Positions 13,493 through 25,850 are shown, counted from the stretch's first letter. The stretch: 64,000 nucleotides of DNA from Leptogorgia sarmentosa (GCA_964658305.1 OZ210885.1:15996001-16060000), one strand, 5' to 3'. A program made the numbers and translations. The notes: generated by a model not told the origin, from the letters alone.

Positions 13493-13784
13493 GTAAGTAA
13501 TATGAGTGTGACTTTGTCTACTGATATTTTTTTTTTAATATTTATATATAAAGAAAAACGGCATGCAAGGTTGTTTGGCTGAGGTAGCTCGTCTACTTTA
13601 ATGTATGTATGTACGTAAAACTTTATTTCAATACGCTAACTTTGACAATTATTTACAAACTGGTTTCCATGAAGGGTGTATACACACAAAGAGCTAAATG
13701 TTAATTATATAAAGAACAAAATATGTAAGAATCCCACCCTAAAATTTTAACATCATCCTCCCAAACCTCCACCCCCCAACATCT

Positions 13785-16700
13785 GCTATGTTTTATTCGT
13801 TCGTGCGTGTCACGGATTAATAAATTGGAAACGTGATGCTTTGAGGGTAGAAGGATAGGATTCTTTGATGATGCAGGAAGAGAACTCTCGTTTATTCTTC
13901 CCTTACAACGGATGATCTCTGTTTTGTCTAAATATAATCCGAATTGCGCCGCGAGAACTGGTGGTGAGGATCGTTGATTTCCACGTAAGTAGCTCCGTTC
14001 ACTCCCGAATGTCAATTTCTGCACAGTTCTTATCCATAAAGCCTCCGATTCATCGATCTCGCGCGCTGATAATTCGGTTTCCGGTCCCTTGACTTTCTTC
14101 CTTACATTACGTACGAATCTTAGCACGTACGCTGTAACTCGGAAAAGTCGCGTTATGCTGCTGAACGCACAACAGTCAATAATCTTTGACACATTTTCTT
14201 CTGATGTAGTTTCTTGTGCTTCAGTTACAAGCGAATGACATACTTGCGGTGGATGCTTTACGAGCTCGAGAGCCGCTAACTCCTCTCCGGATGCACTGAC
14301 TGGACAGTTGGGCCATTCCTCCTTTGGCCTCGCAAGAAAACCTGGACCTTCCCACCATAGGGAATTGTTTAAAAACTCTTCTGCCGACAATCCTTGTGTT
14401 GCCAAATCAGCAGGATTCTCATGCCCTGGGCAAAATCTCCAATCAGTTTTGCTGGTTAGCTGTCGTATCTCGCTGACACGATGATTCACGTACTGCTTCC
14501 AAGCCCTTTCATTTTTAATCCAATGGAGAATGGTCGTCGAATCAACCCAGTACGTTATCGGTATGTCGCTGGGCAATGACTTTACCACAGTGCTGACTAA
14601 ACGGGCTAGTATTACTGCACCAAGCAATTCCAAACGGGGAATTGTCTGAGCCTTTACTGGAGCAATCCTTGTCTTCGCGGCCACGAATCTGATAAGTATT
14701 TGTCCGATTTCGTAAGTCGACCGCAGATAGATCACAGCTGCATAAGCCTTGTTAGGCGCATCGCTAAAGGCATGTAACTCCGTCTTTACTGGACGTATGT
14801 GTAACAGATAGTAACATCTAGAGATTCTGACGGCGTTCAATAATGGTAGTTCATTCACAATTGTGTTCCATTCCTTCAGCAAATCGCCATGTACAGGTTC
14901 GTCCCAATCCTTCTTTACTTGACAAATAACTTGGAACAAACACTTCATCTTCACCACAAACGGAGATAGCATTCCAAGGGGATCGAAAATTTTTGCAGTC
15001 AGTTTCAATAACGATCGTTTGGTTATTGGGAGGTCCTTGGCGAAGTCGATAAGATCTGAAATGTTAAAACACAGATCATCGGATTCACAGTTCCAACTAA
15101 CCCCAAGTAACTTGACAGTTTTCGCGTCGTTAGTCTCATTCGCCGGACCAATCATTGACTTCGTATAGGTTTCGTCGTCCTGCTGTATTGTATCAGCTTT
15201 TTCTTCGCGATTACTCCTTTTGCATTCGTTCTTGGCACTGACTTCCGTTTCCGCAATCTTATTCATCAATTCTGCTGAGTTCGACTGCCACTTCCTCATG
15301 TTGAAATTTCCTTCCGCCATCACTTTCTTTGCTGCCTTGTACAGCTCAAATCCCTTATCGAGATCCTCTGCGCCCGATACCAAATCGTCAACATAAAGAG
15401 AGTCTCCGACATGGTTCACAATAGTTGGATAGACATCCTTGTATTTGTTTAAATGCTTACGGATCGTTGAATTCAGAATCGCGGGTGATGGACGCAGTCC
15501 AAAGACCAATCTGGTAAATCGGAGATGAATAACTTCACTGTTTGGATTAGGGGGCTCTTCGAACCAGAGGAAGCGCAGCATATCTCGATCACCTTCGTGG
15601 ACGCTTATCATAAAAAACGCCTTCTCGATATCCGCTGACAATCCCACGGGATGATTTCGAAACTGTACCAATACATGTAGTAACTTTGGGATAAGATTAG
15701 GACCAGGGTACAAGCAATCATTGATGGACAATTCCCCTTCACCAGGCGTTGCTGAACCATCATAGACCACTCTCAATTTTGTAGTTTGTTTATCCTTACG
15801 CACCACTCCGTGATGAGGCAAATAGTGGACATTTTCCGAGCGATTTATCTCTTGTTGAGGGATTTTCTCAATTATACCTGCATCCAATTGATCCTTGATT
15901 ATCTTGTCGTACTCCGTCAATAGGTCACGGTCGTGTAGTAATCTTCGCTGCAGAGCTAATACTCGCCTATAAGTGAGATTGTAGTGATCTGAAGGCCGGT
16001 TTTCCTTCCATGGCAAAGTGATCTCGTACCGACCGTCCTTGTATGAAACGTTTGTGACGAAGCCTTCGTCGTTATCTGGACAAGTAGCCTCTCGAATCCC
16101 AATTGATTCCATGTCCCAGAACCTTTCGATGGTTTTAACCAAGTTGGTCTCATCAGTATCAATGCTGTACGCTTCAGCGGGTCGTGAAATTATCAGATTA
16201 GAATGAGTATCCAGGTTATTTGACGCCCCATTGGCGGGTCCGGACAACAACCAACCGATGATACTTTTGACTGCAACCGGTCCACTCTCTCCAGTTCTCG
16301 TTTCCCCGGTGACAATATCCCAGTAATGGTCGGACCCAATCAACAGATCAATAGAGCCATCTGTTTGCTCCCAGTCGTCGGCAAGCGCTAACCCTTCTAA
16401 ATGTGGACAGTCGACGTTGATTCTTGAAGGTAAGGGTGAACACAAGACGGGGAAACTGAGAGCATTGATAGTGACAGTTTTATCAAAACCCGGCTTTTTC
16501 AGACTTAACTCCACCACTTCACAGTTCTGTGTTTTATATCTTGATTCGCCAAAGGTGTTCAACTTCAGCCTTTCTTTACTCTGAGATGCCAAGCCTAATT
16601 TCGCACGAACGTTGTCAGTGACATATGATCTCTGACTCCCATTGTCAAACAGCACTCTAACAGGGATCGACCGGCTATTTTCTTCATTATACGCAACGGC

Positions 16701-17042
16701 TCGAGCTGTTTGTAAAAGAACCGTTCTCGACTTATTGTTCGCTTTACTAGTTGTGACACTTGTCGTGGTTACTTGATTAGTGTCGTCTATACGTTCCTTG
16801 GTGGATCTCTTTGGTAGGTCTGGGGTGGAGGTTTTCGCATTGGGGGCTCGATCACAAATGGATTGATGATGTTTACCACCACAGTGTCGACAGTTCTTTG
16901 CTGAGTTGCATTCTCTTGATTTGTGGTTGGTTTTCAGACAAACAAACAACGACCCGCCTTTCGCAGTATTTCCTTGCGATCCTTTGCTTGAGGAATATCT
17001 GTGCATGATGCTGAGTAATGTTCGGAATTGCAATAGACACAA
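13785..17042 (-). CDS. BEL/Pao pol (CCHC knuckles, aspartic protease, RT, RNase H, start of integrase zinc finger)
   Basis: LFDNGSQRSY, YLPHHGV, ADIEKAF, LVFGLRPSP, LYVDD, FSDA, TIPRLELLGA, NPADLAT. Homology stops at HERIKHS (~13785). Confidence 0.92.
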
Positions 17043-17980
17043 CGTGGCTTGTAATCACCAGTGAATAACGAGTTCGCTGTCGGAATTTCAGGTTTTGGGC
17101 GAAATTTTCCATTGGACTGTCTGTTCACCTGACTAAGCTCGCTTGATTCTCTGGCTGCTACTTCTCTTTCGATTACTTCCAACAATTCATCAATCTTCCA
17201 CACTTCGCTAGTAGCCTTCCTCGCCACATGCAATCGAATCTCAGTGGGTAATTTTTCCATTATGACCGGTATTAATAGGCTCCCATACTGATCAGCGGAG
17301 ACTCCTAGTGATGCCAGTCCGTGAATATGCACACTGATCTTGTCATAGACATAACGAAGCGATGATATACGATCATTCGTGCAAGCGGGTAACTTTAAAA
17401 GCTCATCCATATGACTTGTTATAACTTGCTGAGTTCTCCCAAATCGTTTGCGCAATATCTCAACTGCCGAATTGTAGTTGTCAGCAGTGAGAGATAGGCC
17501 CTGTATTGATCTGGCTGCCACACCCTCTAGCAGGGAATTTAAATAGTTGAACTTGTCAATAGTAGATAGGATGGGGTTTTCATGCACGGCAGTTTTGTAT
17601 GAGTCCCAAAATGATGCCCATTGTGTTACATTTCCTTTAAATTTATTTAAAACGAGTTTCGGCAATTTTGCTCTCACAATTTGACTGGGTAATGTTTGAT
17701 TTGATCCGAGTGTTTGTGTTTCCACTTGACTCGTCGAAAATGAATCATTGACCGGCAATTGGCTTATGGGCTCAACACCCGGGATAGTGCTTTGTGCCGA
17801 GGGTTCAACAGCCGATGACGTTGCATGCAATGTTAACGTTTGAACACCGTCTAAAATATCCTCTTCATTTACATGCAATTGCTCGCTCGTTTTTTCAGAT
17901 TTATTCGATTCCGGTACCTTGCTCACCTTATCACTTGGTTTAACCGCTAACGCGGCAGAAATAGCTCGTTGAATATCCAA
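16934..17980 (-). CDS. BEL/Pao gag (DUF1759-like), 5'-deleted
   Basis: KLPKLVLNKFKG, FWDSYKTAVH, DKFNYL, CVYC..H..C zinc knuckle. Frameshifted relative to pol. Confidence 0.88.
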   Translation of the reverse strand: MDIQRAISAALAVKPSDKVSKVPESNKSEKTSEQLHVNEEDILDGVQTLTLHATSSAVEPSAQSTIPGVEPISQLPVNDSFSTSQVETQTLGSNQTLPSQIVRAKLPKLVLNKFKGNVTQWASFWDSYKTAVHENPILSTIDKFNYLNSLLEGVAARSIQGLSLTADNYNSAVEILRKRFGRTQQVITSHMDELLKLPACTNDRISSLRYVYDKISVHIHGLASLGVSADQYGSLLIPVIMEKLPTEIRLHVARKATSEVWKIDELLEVIEREVAARESSELSQVNRQSNGKFRPKPEIPTANSLFTGDYKPRCVYCNSEHYSASCTDIPQAKDRKEILRKAGRCLFV

Positions 17981-17995
17981 TATTCGCGATTTTAT

Positions 17996-18097
17996 TTCTT
18001 TCCAATAACAACCATTTATTATACACTTTTACACGTGCCCATAAATTACATAAATTACAACAATTAACATACTTAACATAAATTTAGAGTTCTTACA
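17996..18097 (-). repeat. Truncated 5' LTR of the BEL element
   Basis: Near-identical to 9932-10024 apart from a ~10-bp duplication. It abuts gag directly, so the LTR end, PBS and gag start are missing. Confidence 0.88.
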
Positions 18098-18500
18098 TAT
18101 TATATATACCTATGGAGTGTTGTAGATACCTATGGAGTGTTATAGATACGTATGGAGCGTTATAGATACCTATGGAGTATTATATATACCTATAGAGTAT
18201 TATATATACCTATGGAGTGTTGTAGATACCTATAGAGTGTTGTAGATACCTATAGAGTGTTGTAGATACCTATAGAGTGTTATAGATACCTATGAAGTAT
18301 TATATATACCTATGGAGTATTGTAGATACCTATGGAGTGTTATAGATACCTATGGAGTGTTATAGATACTTATGGAGTGTTATAGATACCTATAGAGTAT
18401 TATATATACCTATAGAGTATTATATATACCTATAGAGTGTTATAAATATCTATGGAGTGTTATAGATACGTATGGAGTGTGATTGATACCTATGGATAGT
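18098..18500. repeat. 20-bp tandem repeat, right part (~20 copies)
   Basis: Units TATAGATACCTATGGAGTGT and variants. Confidence 0.95.
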
Positions 18501-18504
18501 ATAA

Positions 18505-19215
18505 ATATTGTAAATAACCTTGACCCAAACCACTGATCTGACCGTGACCTATCCCGGTTGCTCATATATCGAGAAAGGGCCAATAACTCTCCCCTACATC
18601 CACAAAATTTCCGAGATAACATCAAGAATACTAGAAAAACACAATCTGACACCACGAACAAACTCAAATCCGTGTTCACCAAACACAAAGACCTACTCGA
18701 CAAACACAACATAGTGTACAAGATCCCATGCCAGAACTGTGACAAAGTCTACATCGGTGAGACATCAAAAACCCTTAAATCATGCATAACAGAACACAAA
18801 AATGCCATCAAACGACAAGACCCATGTTCCTTACCCGCAAACCACGTTGCCGACAATGACCACAGATTCGACTGGACAAAAACAACCATTCTCTACCACG
18901 CAAACACAAGACATGCATGTGAATTGAAAGAAGCATGGCACATCCTAGAAAACGCTGCAATCAACAGACACATTGACATCCCTACAGCATACCAACAACA
19001 CCAGAACAGCGCCAGAGGATCAAAACGCACCAATCAGAACACCGAATCACATCAACCAATCACCGCCCCCCTAAACCAACCAATCACTGCCCCCCTAAAC
19101 CAATCACATACAAAAACATGTTATCCAGAACAATCCCACACAACCTGACGAAGACTTAAAGCACCAAGTCGAAAGCTCGTACATAACAACTAGAATCCAG
19201 AGAACATCTTTCAAA
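18505..19215 (+). mobile_element. Penelope-like element 3' fragment (GIY-YIG endonuclease)
   Basis: ORF 18558-19148 contains NIVYKIPCQNCDKVYIGET, EHKNAI, HRFDW and INRH, followed by a hammerhead-like motif and a TA-rich end. Confidence 0.85.
19145..19180 (+). ncRNA. Minimal hammerhead ribozyme core (Penelope-associated)
   Basis: CTGACGA-A-GACTT-(AAAGCACC)-AAGTC-GAAA: conserved CUGAnGA and GAAA boxes around a 5-bp stem II. Confidence 0.65.
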
Positions 19216-20689
19216 ACATATATATAAATATAGATATCGCATTACTGGTGCTTATTTTATGCGAACACTTAACTTTGTATGCTATAAGGAGTTTAGAAGA
19301 CTAACATACTGTTTCAATCCGTAAAATACCAACAGCTCATAATAATAATGCAATGGCTGAAAATCACACGCTCATACAACGGTGCATCATTTGTGCATCG
19401 TACAGTCATACGAATATATTATCTACAGCAATTATAGCATTGCTTTGTGCCAAAAATTGTGCACCGTTGAAATTTTGGAAACAATTTTAGAATATTGTAC
19501 CAAAAATATAGCACTATAATACGCATTGTAAATACTTCCAAGACAGTTTTGTTGACATTTGGTACTTTCACAGTTTAGGACAATATTGAACGTTTTCTTC
19601 CGCACGTTTTGGTGCACCATGAATAAATTATACAATAATATGAGCGTGTTGTATGAATGTTCATTGTAATTAAATGACAGACTCCCAGTTCATAATAGCT
19701 TTATATTACAAAAATATGTAAAGGCTCACAATTAGTATTTAATTCTTTGACCGCCTCTACTTATAACTAGGTTACCCACAGGGTAGGAAATGCTGCCTTA
19801 GCGCAAGCTGTAATCATCGAATGTACTACAACTCAAAAATGTTATCAATAAAAAATGGAATTATTATGAAAATGTTACAGAATGAGTTAGTTGGTGAAAG
19901 TTAAGTGCAATGTATATATTTATTATTGCAATATTGTAAGATCTAAACAGGAACAGTTGCGATAAAAACCGTATATACATTACACTGTTCCTGTTTAGGT
20001 CTTTTTGCTTACCGTTTTGTCGATTTACTTGTATGAATTAATAGGTTTGAAGTGATATTAAAATCATCTCTGACAATAGACAATACGTAAATCTTTTCTA
20101 ATAGCTCTTTATAAACAGAAAAATATGTACAAAAGTGTACATGTTCTGCGCCTATGTAGCTTGGTTACCAGCAATCACGTCAGCGGTGATCAAATCTTAT
20201 TTATTTTCGGTTTTCGATACACACATCTTATCTGTCCCTAATACGCGATCTTGCATGTATAAAAGGGTTTACTGCTAGGGAGAAGGCAAATAGCGCAAAT
20301 ACTTATCCTTTCAAGACGCGAGGTAGTGCGTGGTTAAAACATGAGATCAAACGCATCACCACTCTTTAGCTCGTGCCTATACCAGCTGCCATTTTGTAAT
20401 ATTTAGCTTGCAAGAACTTGCTTTGCTCTAGTGTTTTCCACACACACACAAACTAGCAATAATATTGACGAACTGTCGTCTTAAATAACAACGGTGACTT
20501 TGTGTTAAAACCTCTGATCAGATTGGAATGGATTATAAAAAATACCCATGCAGCCATGCTGGCCATTCGTATACTGTAGTAACTGTACGAAACGGTAAGA
20601 ATTTACAGTTGAGAGAAGTCCTGCAAATGCGAGTCGAACACCCTAAATTTACTGCTACCGTCATGCAATGCGCCAATAGAAAATTTTGA

Positions 20690-21329
20690 CTTCGATCCAT
20701 CATACTCATTCGTTTATCCATTGATTCTATAGTATTTATCAACACGCTCTATAGGGAAAGATTTAAAGGTGTTTATAACTCTGGTCGCAAATTCTTCTTA
20801 AGTTTCCTGCGTTATTGTTCCATCTATCGCTTGTCTGTCTAGTTTCCTTCTTACAAGATGAAATAGATTTTCTATTGGATTTATATCTGGACTTCTAGGT
20901 GGTATAGATAACAAATCTGTGTCTGATTCACTCATTGCCATTTTCGCTGCATTACTATTTTGACAAGGGCATCCATCTTGAATCCAAAGTTTAGAGGGGA
21001 ATTTATCAGCTTTCTGGAATAATTCTGGAATTTTACGACTTATGTACTCTTTGAAGTAATCGCTGCTCATTTTATCATACTGTTCACAGTCTATAATGCC
21101 TTTCCCAAATGAGATAAGAACCATTCACTAACTTTCTTCCTTCTTTCCTTGACTACATCCATAGTCAAGACCTTCGCATGGCTTTCTCCAAATTCGTACT
21201 TATACTTATAACCGGCTTCGTTCATTGCCCTTCGAACCCATTCCCATACTGACGGTTTTTAAATTCATCCCCGCTTCCTTAGCAAGTCTCTTGGATGCGA
21301 AAGTTCCTTCCCGTTCCTTCCCAATAATC
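20690..21329 (-). pseudogene. Tc1/mariner transposase remnant (continues at ~24241-24275 beyond the Harbinger insertion)
   Basis: WIQDGCPCQNS and IPPRSPDINPIENLFHLV (DDE-type C-terminus). The upstream part is deleted and frameshifted. Confidence 0.75.
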
Positions 21330-21470
21330 TTAGGCCCTGTTTACATGAGACCAGCACGAAGTCAAACCGGAATGAAAATTGAAATTGACATGTTTACATG
21401 AGACCGACACAAAATCACGAAATATCCCCAACCTGCGTAACGCCTGCATCACGGGCTATTTTAATCCAAG

Positions 21471-22768
21471 ATGGTGCCCACCAGTACATATCTCGTGTTA
21501 CTTCTCATGTCTACAGTTGTGTGTTATCAGTTAAATATTCTCAATTTGTTGCTTGTTTTCTCAAAGGTGCGTAAAGAGAGACTAAGAAATTTCATGCTTA
21601 GTCAGAATATGATGAAAATGATGATTTATGGTAGAAAGATTAGAAAACCTAGAAAGAAGAAACAATGGTGGGTTGCACCTGGGCGTACTGATAACTGGTG
21701 GATAAGGATGACCTCTGGGGAAGCTCCTCCTGAAGAATGGAATAATAATTTTCGTATGAGTAGGGAAAATTTTGTGGAACTTATCAATGAGTTACGGCCA
21801 TTCATCACTACTGACCCAAATTCTCCTCGACTGATCTTGAAGACACAGCAACTTTAAAGATGACAGCCAATGCATTTGGGATTAGTGTACCAACAACTTC
21901 TAAATGTGTGAAGAATGTTTGCAAAGCCATAAAAGATCATTTAGGTCCAACGTATATAAAAATACCAGCTGATGATGAACTGACAGATTCTATAAAGCGT
22001 TTTGAAGATGAACTAGGTTTTCCACAGGTTTTAGGTGCTGTTGACGGAACACATGTGCCAATTCTGCAACCAAATGAAAACAGCCATAGTTTTTTCTCTT
22101 ATAAAATGAAATATACATTGAATGCACAAGCTGTTTGTGACTCGTCTGGCAAATTTATCGATGTTGAAATTCGATGGCCAGGAGGCACACATTATGCCAA
22201 AGTTTTTGCTAATTCTGGAATTAACAGAGCGCTAAAAGAAGGGACTATTCCAAAAAGGCCAAGATTTTTGCTACCAGGACGAGATGCTATACCATTACTT
22301 TTGTTGGCTGACCCTGCATACCCTCTACTTCCCCACTGCATGAAAGAATATTCAACCTGCTACACAAATGAACAAGTTATCTTTAATCAAATGTTAAGAA
22401 GTGCTAGAAATAAGGTAGAGTGTGCCTTTGGAAGGCTCAAGGCTAGGTGGCAAGTTCTCACAACACTAGTAAACCTGAAATTGGAGGATATCCCAACCAT
22501 AATTTATGCATGCTTTGTTCTGCATAATTTCTGCGAAAGACACAAAATTCAAGTCGACAATACTCTAGTACAGAGGCAGCTTGCAGCTGATGCTGAACAG
22601 CAACCTACTTCATTTGAGAACGGTCAAATTAAAAATCAGTACTTGTTTTTGAAATCCAAGTACATTGTGTGCTTACATCTTGAGAACCCTATAACATACA
22701 GATCCCTTCATAAACTCAACATGAAAAATTTCAAAACTAGCTATTCTTCAAACTTTAAGTTAACATAA
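21471..22768 (+). pseudogene. Harbinger (HARBI1-like) DDE transposase, broken near 21830-21860
   Basis: NFRMSRENF, GAVDGTHV, WPGGTHYA, LADPAYPL, ARNKVECAFGRLKARW, CFVLHNF. Confidence 0.9.
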
Positions 22769-22835
22769 ACCTAGATTTCCACTTACAATTACAAGTAAAT
22801 AAGAATAATCCATGAATAGTTTATGGTAAAATATT

Positions 22836-24005
22836 TCATACGTCTTCATTACTATTGGTTGTGTTTGAATCACTGTAAGGACTAATTGATCGGAATTCAT
22901 ATCTTGTGATTGGGCCTGAGTGAAAGGCATTATAACTTGGCTGAGGGTAAGACAAATTAGCTCCATTTTGTTGGTGAGATAGGACCTGGTTGATATTTCC
23001 TGGCATTGGGTATTGTTGAGGAAATTGCTGTTGGCTTTGCTTATTAACTGTAGCTAGATGATTGAAACCAGTCATAATAGCATGACTTAACATCTGCATG
23101 GAATCTGCTATCTTCATCAAAGCACTTGAATCTGCATTTTTACTACTTTCCTCCAGTGACATCTTTTTTTTCTTAATGGATAAATCTTCTTTCATTAATT
23201 GTAACATAGCATTATCCCGTTGTTTGCTTTGCTACTCAGATTTTTTTCCAATTTTTTCCGTTTCTCATCAACATACAAAGCAGTTGGGCACTTTCTTTTT
23301 TTTTTGCTCTTGACCATTTTCCTCAAGATGTTTATCAATATCATCGTGGATAGTATCTTCAAATCCAGTGCCCAAATGCATGCCACCTTCATCCTCCCAA
23401 AGCTTATCATGCTCTTTAATTGAATCAGCATTGACATTGTTTTCAGTGTCGGGTTGGACACCAGTTAGACTGCTTTCTCCATATTCTAAGGGGACAGTGC
23501 CAGGAGCACCACCCCAGATTTGGATAAGAGAGTCGCAGTGTTCTTTAATAACTCTTCCACTTCCAGATCTAGTACCTTCCAGAACAGCCTTTTGGAATGA
23601 GGAACGAATTTTCTTGATCTTTGCTTTAACTCTATCATAACCAAGTTTCATTGACTTTTGATCTTTGTCAAATTTGTCCTTGAATGTTTTGTACTCTTCT
23701 TTAGACATCTCACTCACATCTGTTGTTGCCGCAATGTATTCTACTGGGCCAAAATTGTCTTCATCGTATCTCTCAGCCATGTGCATCCGTATATCGCCAT
23801 ATAATTGAACTAAATCCTCTTCAAAATCGATTCCTTCGCCTTCCTTATCTACTTTATAACTTAAAAGGCACTCTGCCAAACATGCTGTCATCTCATCATC
23901 AAAAATCCACCGTTTATTCTGTTTAATTTCGCTGTTGTCTTTAAATTTTTTAGTAGCCTTGCCCTTGCTCGCCATTTTGTTTTTGTACATTGCTTTTGTG
24001 CGCAT
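22836..24005 (-). pseudogene. Harbinger second gene (Myb/SANT-like DNA-binding protein), frameshifted near 23240-23270
   Basis: RWIFDDEMT..L..YK, GTRSGSGR, IWGGAP and a Q-rich tail. It lies inside the TIRs, convergent with the transposase. Confidence 0.8.
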
Positions 24006-24899
24006 GTGTTGTTTAGTATTTCGAACCGGTTTGAAATGTACTTTGTGTTTACATTCATGCCAGTCTGAACTCGTACCGGTTTGAAGTCAGTCGGCTCGGT
24101 CTAGCAGGCGGTATGACTTCAGACCAGTCTGAGTTATTTTCGTCTCGGTCTCATGTAAACATCTATTATAAATAATACTATGACCGAAACTAACTCGTCC
24201 CGGTTTGACTTTGTGCCGGTCTCATGTAAACAGGGCCTTAGAGTCCTTAGTAACTTTCGCATGTCTCTTTTATTTTGCTCTAAACCCTATAAAATAATAG
24301 TATGTGTTGCCAATGTTTTGATCATGATTGTTGCTGCTGTGTGTAACACAGCAATACCCCAAGGGCAATTTTTATTTGGAGACCTCTCCCAGCTGACCAA
24401 GGACATTGGCAAAACTAACAAGCTCACCAAAATAGTTTGTCCATCACAGTAATGCATGGCCGCTCTAGAGGGGCATTTATTAACTTTAGCCGTCAACAGA
24501 AATATAATCATATGTAAACAAGAAGATGGAACACTAACACAGCGTGAGCCAATTACGTTAGTGACCTGTTACTAAGCATGATTATACAAAACTTCACAAC
24601 TTAGTTATAACTTAAATATCTTGCAAACAAGAATATAGGCTAGTATAATCCTTTTTATCCAAAGTAGAGAGAGAACGTAAAAATTTCGGAAATTGGGAGA
24701 AAAAATGACAGAATTGTGAAATGGGGTTAATGCGAAAATGTATACAGATTATGTATCCTTCGATGAAGTAAGGCGAAAATGGCGAAAACCCAACTCTACA
24801 TCGGATAAAGTGAAGTATACTAAACTGAATAATTGCGAAGATAACTAGTACAATTAAGAACAACATTTCATCGTTGCGGTAAGCTGCCTGGCTTTATGG

Positions 24900-25850
24900 A
24901 ATTTCAAACAAACTAATTTCCACTTCTATGGATTTTCCTGGTCAAACACGGCTAATGTTGCAGAGAGGTAATAGTTTATAGCATGCGATTTGAAGCTTTG
25001 GAATGATAATTTTGGTTTCTGTAGCTCATCTGTTAGGCAGTTCCACACACGCGACACCCGTACAAGATAACTGTTCTGATGACATAGTGTTCTGACTTTA
25101 GGAATATTATATTTTACAAGAGAGTTATTAGAAGAGCATAGATTTATGGTTGAAGTCAAAGTATCAACTTCGGGTAGGATATCAGTTTTAACCAAGCCAT
25201 TTTTGCATTTGAAGAGGAACATGATATCAAGATATTCGTGTCAGTAACAGAGAGATAGCATATTCAACGCAGCGAGTCTCTTTTCGTATGGCATGTCAGT
25301 TTGAAATGGTAAAGACAGTACGAATTTTGTTGCTCTACCTTGTATGCGTTCGAGCTCCATACACATGGTGATAGTCTGTGGACACCAGACTTGTGAGGCA
25401 TAAGCAAGATGGGATCTCACAAGTGTAAGGTAGAGACAGCATCGGGTATTTACGTTTTTAACCTTGACAGTCGAACATTTGAGCAAAACAAGTAGGCGGT
25501 TGGCTTTCATAATTTGCTTGTGAATATGGGTATGCCATCTGACATCTGCACAAACCGTGCTCAGGCGTCAACAGCTGATTCAGCAACTGAGATGCATTTT
25601 GTGTCGTCAGCAAACAAGGAAACGTCAACAGCGGGTGAAGTTATTGATTGGGGGAAGGTCGTTTATGTAGATGAGAAACAGGAGTGGTCTGAGTATTGAT
25701 CCTTGTGGAACGCCGGAAGAAACTGGACGTGTCTCTGAAATCTCACCATTGACTAGTACACGCTGTTGTCGTCCGGATAAATAACTTTTAAACCACATTA
25801 AAATATTGTCCTTAAGTCCAAATCGTTGGAGTTTCTTTAAAAGGTTAGGA
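24900..25850 (-). mobile_element. Degenerate LINE (CR1/L2 group) RT fragment
   Basis: SGVPQGSILRPLLFLIYINDL, FADDT, LVRSHLAYASQVW, LERIQGRATK. Confidence 0.85.

Larger units (their letters stand above)
9879..18097 (-). mobile_element. BEL/Pao LTR retrotransposon, disrupted
   Basis: TG...CA ends, 5-bp TSD TATTA (9874-9878 and 18098-18102), polypurine tract next to the 3' LTR (10025-10035), and gag-PR-RT-RNaseH-INT order with BEL motifs. Confidence 0.95.
21333..24237. mobile_element. PIF/Harbinger DNA transposon
   Basis: 38-bp TIRs GGCCCTGTTTACATGAGACC... (2 mismatches), TTA TSD (21330-21332 and 24238-24240), and two convergent genes. Confidence 0.95.

Noticed and set aside
13202..13582. Complete 126-aa SAMHD1 ORF or an intact resident SAMHD1 gene
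   Set aside because: Homology ends at the splice donor at 13493 and the rest is intron read-through. No further exons were noticed, and the exon is enclosed by one BEL element.
13701..13784. C-terminal residues of the 1113-aa pol ORF
   Set aside because: These residues are read-through into the inserted block. The true pol continues at ~11317.
18098..18500. Possible CRISPR array (also 32969-33197 and 48490-48895)
   Set aside because: The repeats are head-to-tail with no unique spacers, no cas genes are present, and the context is eukaryotic.
19215..20500. Right terminus of the first transposase-helicase cassette
   Set aside because: No convincing TIR-like end or TSD could be identified, and the other end lies outside the window.
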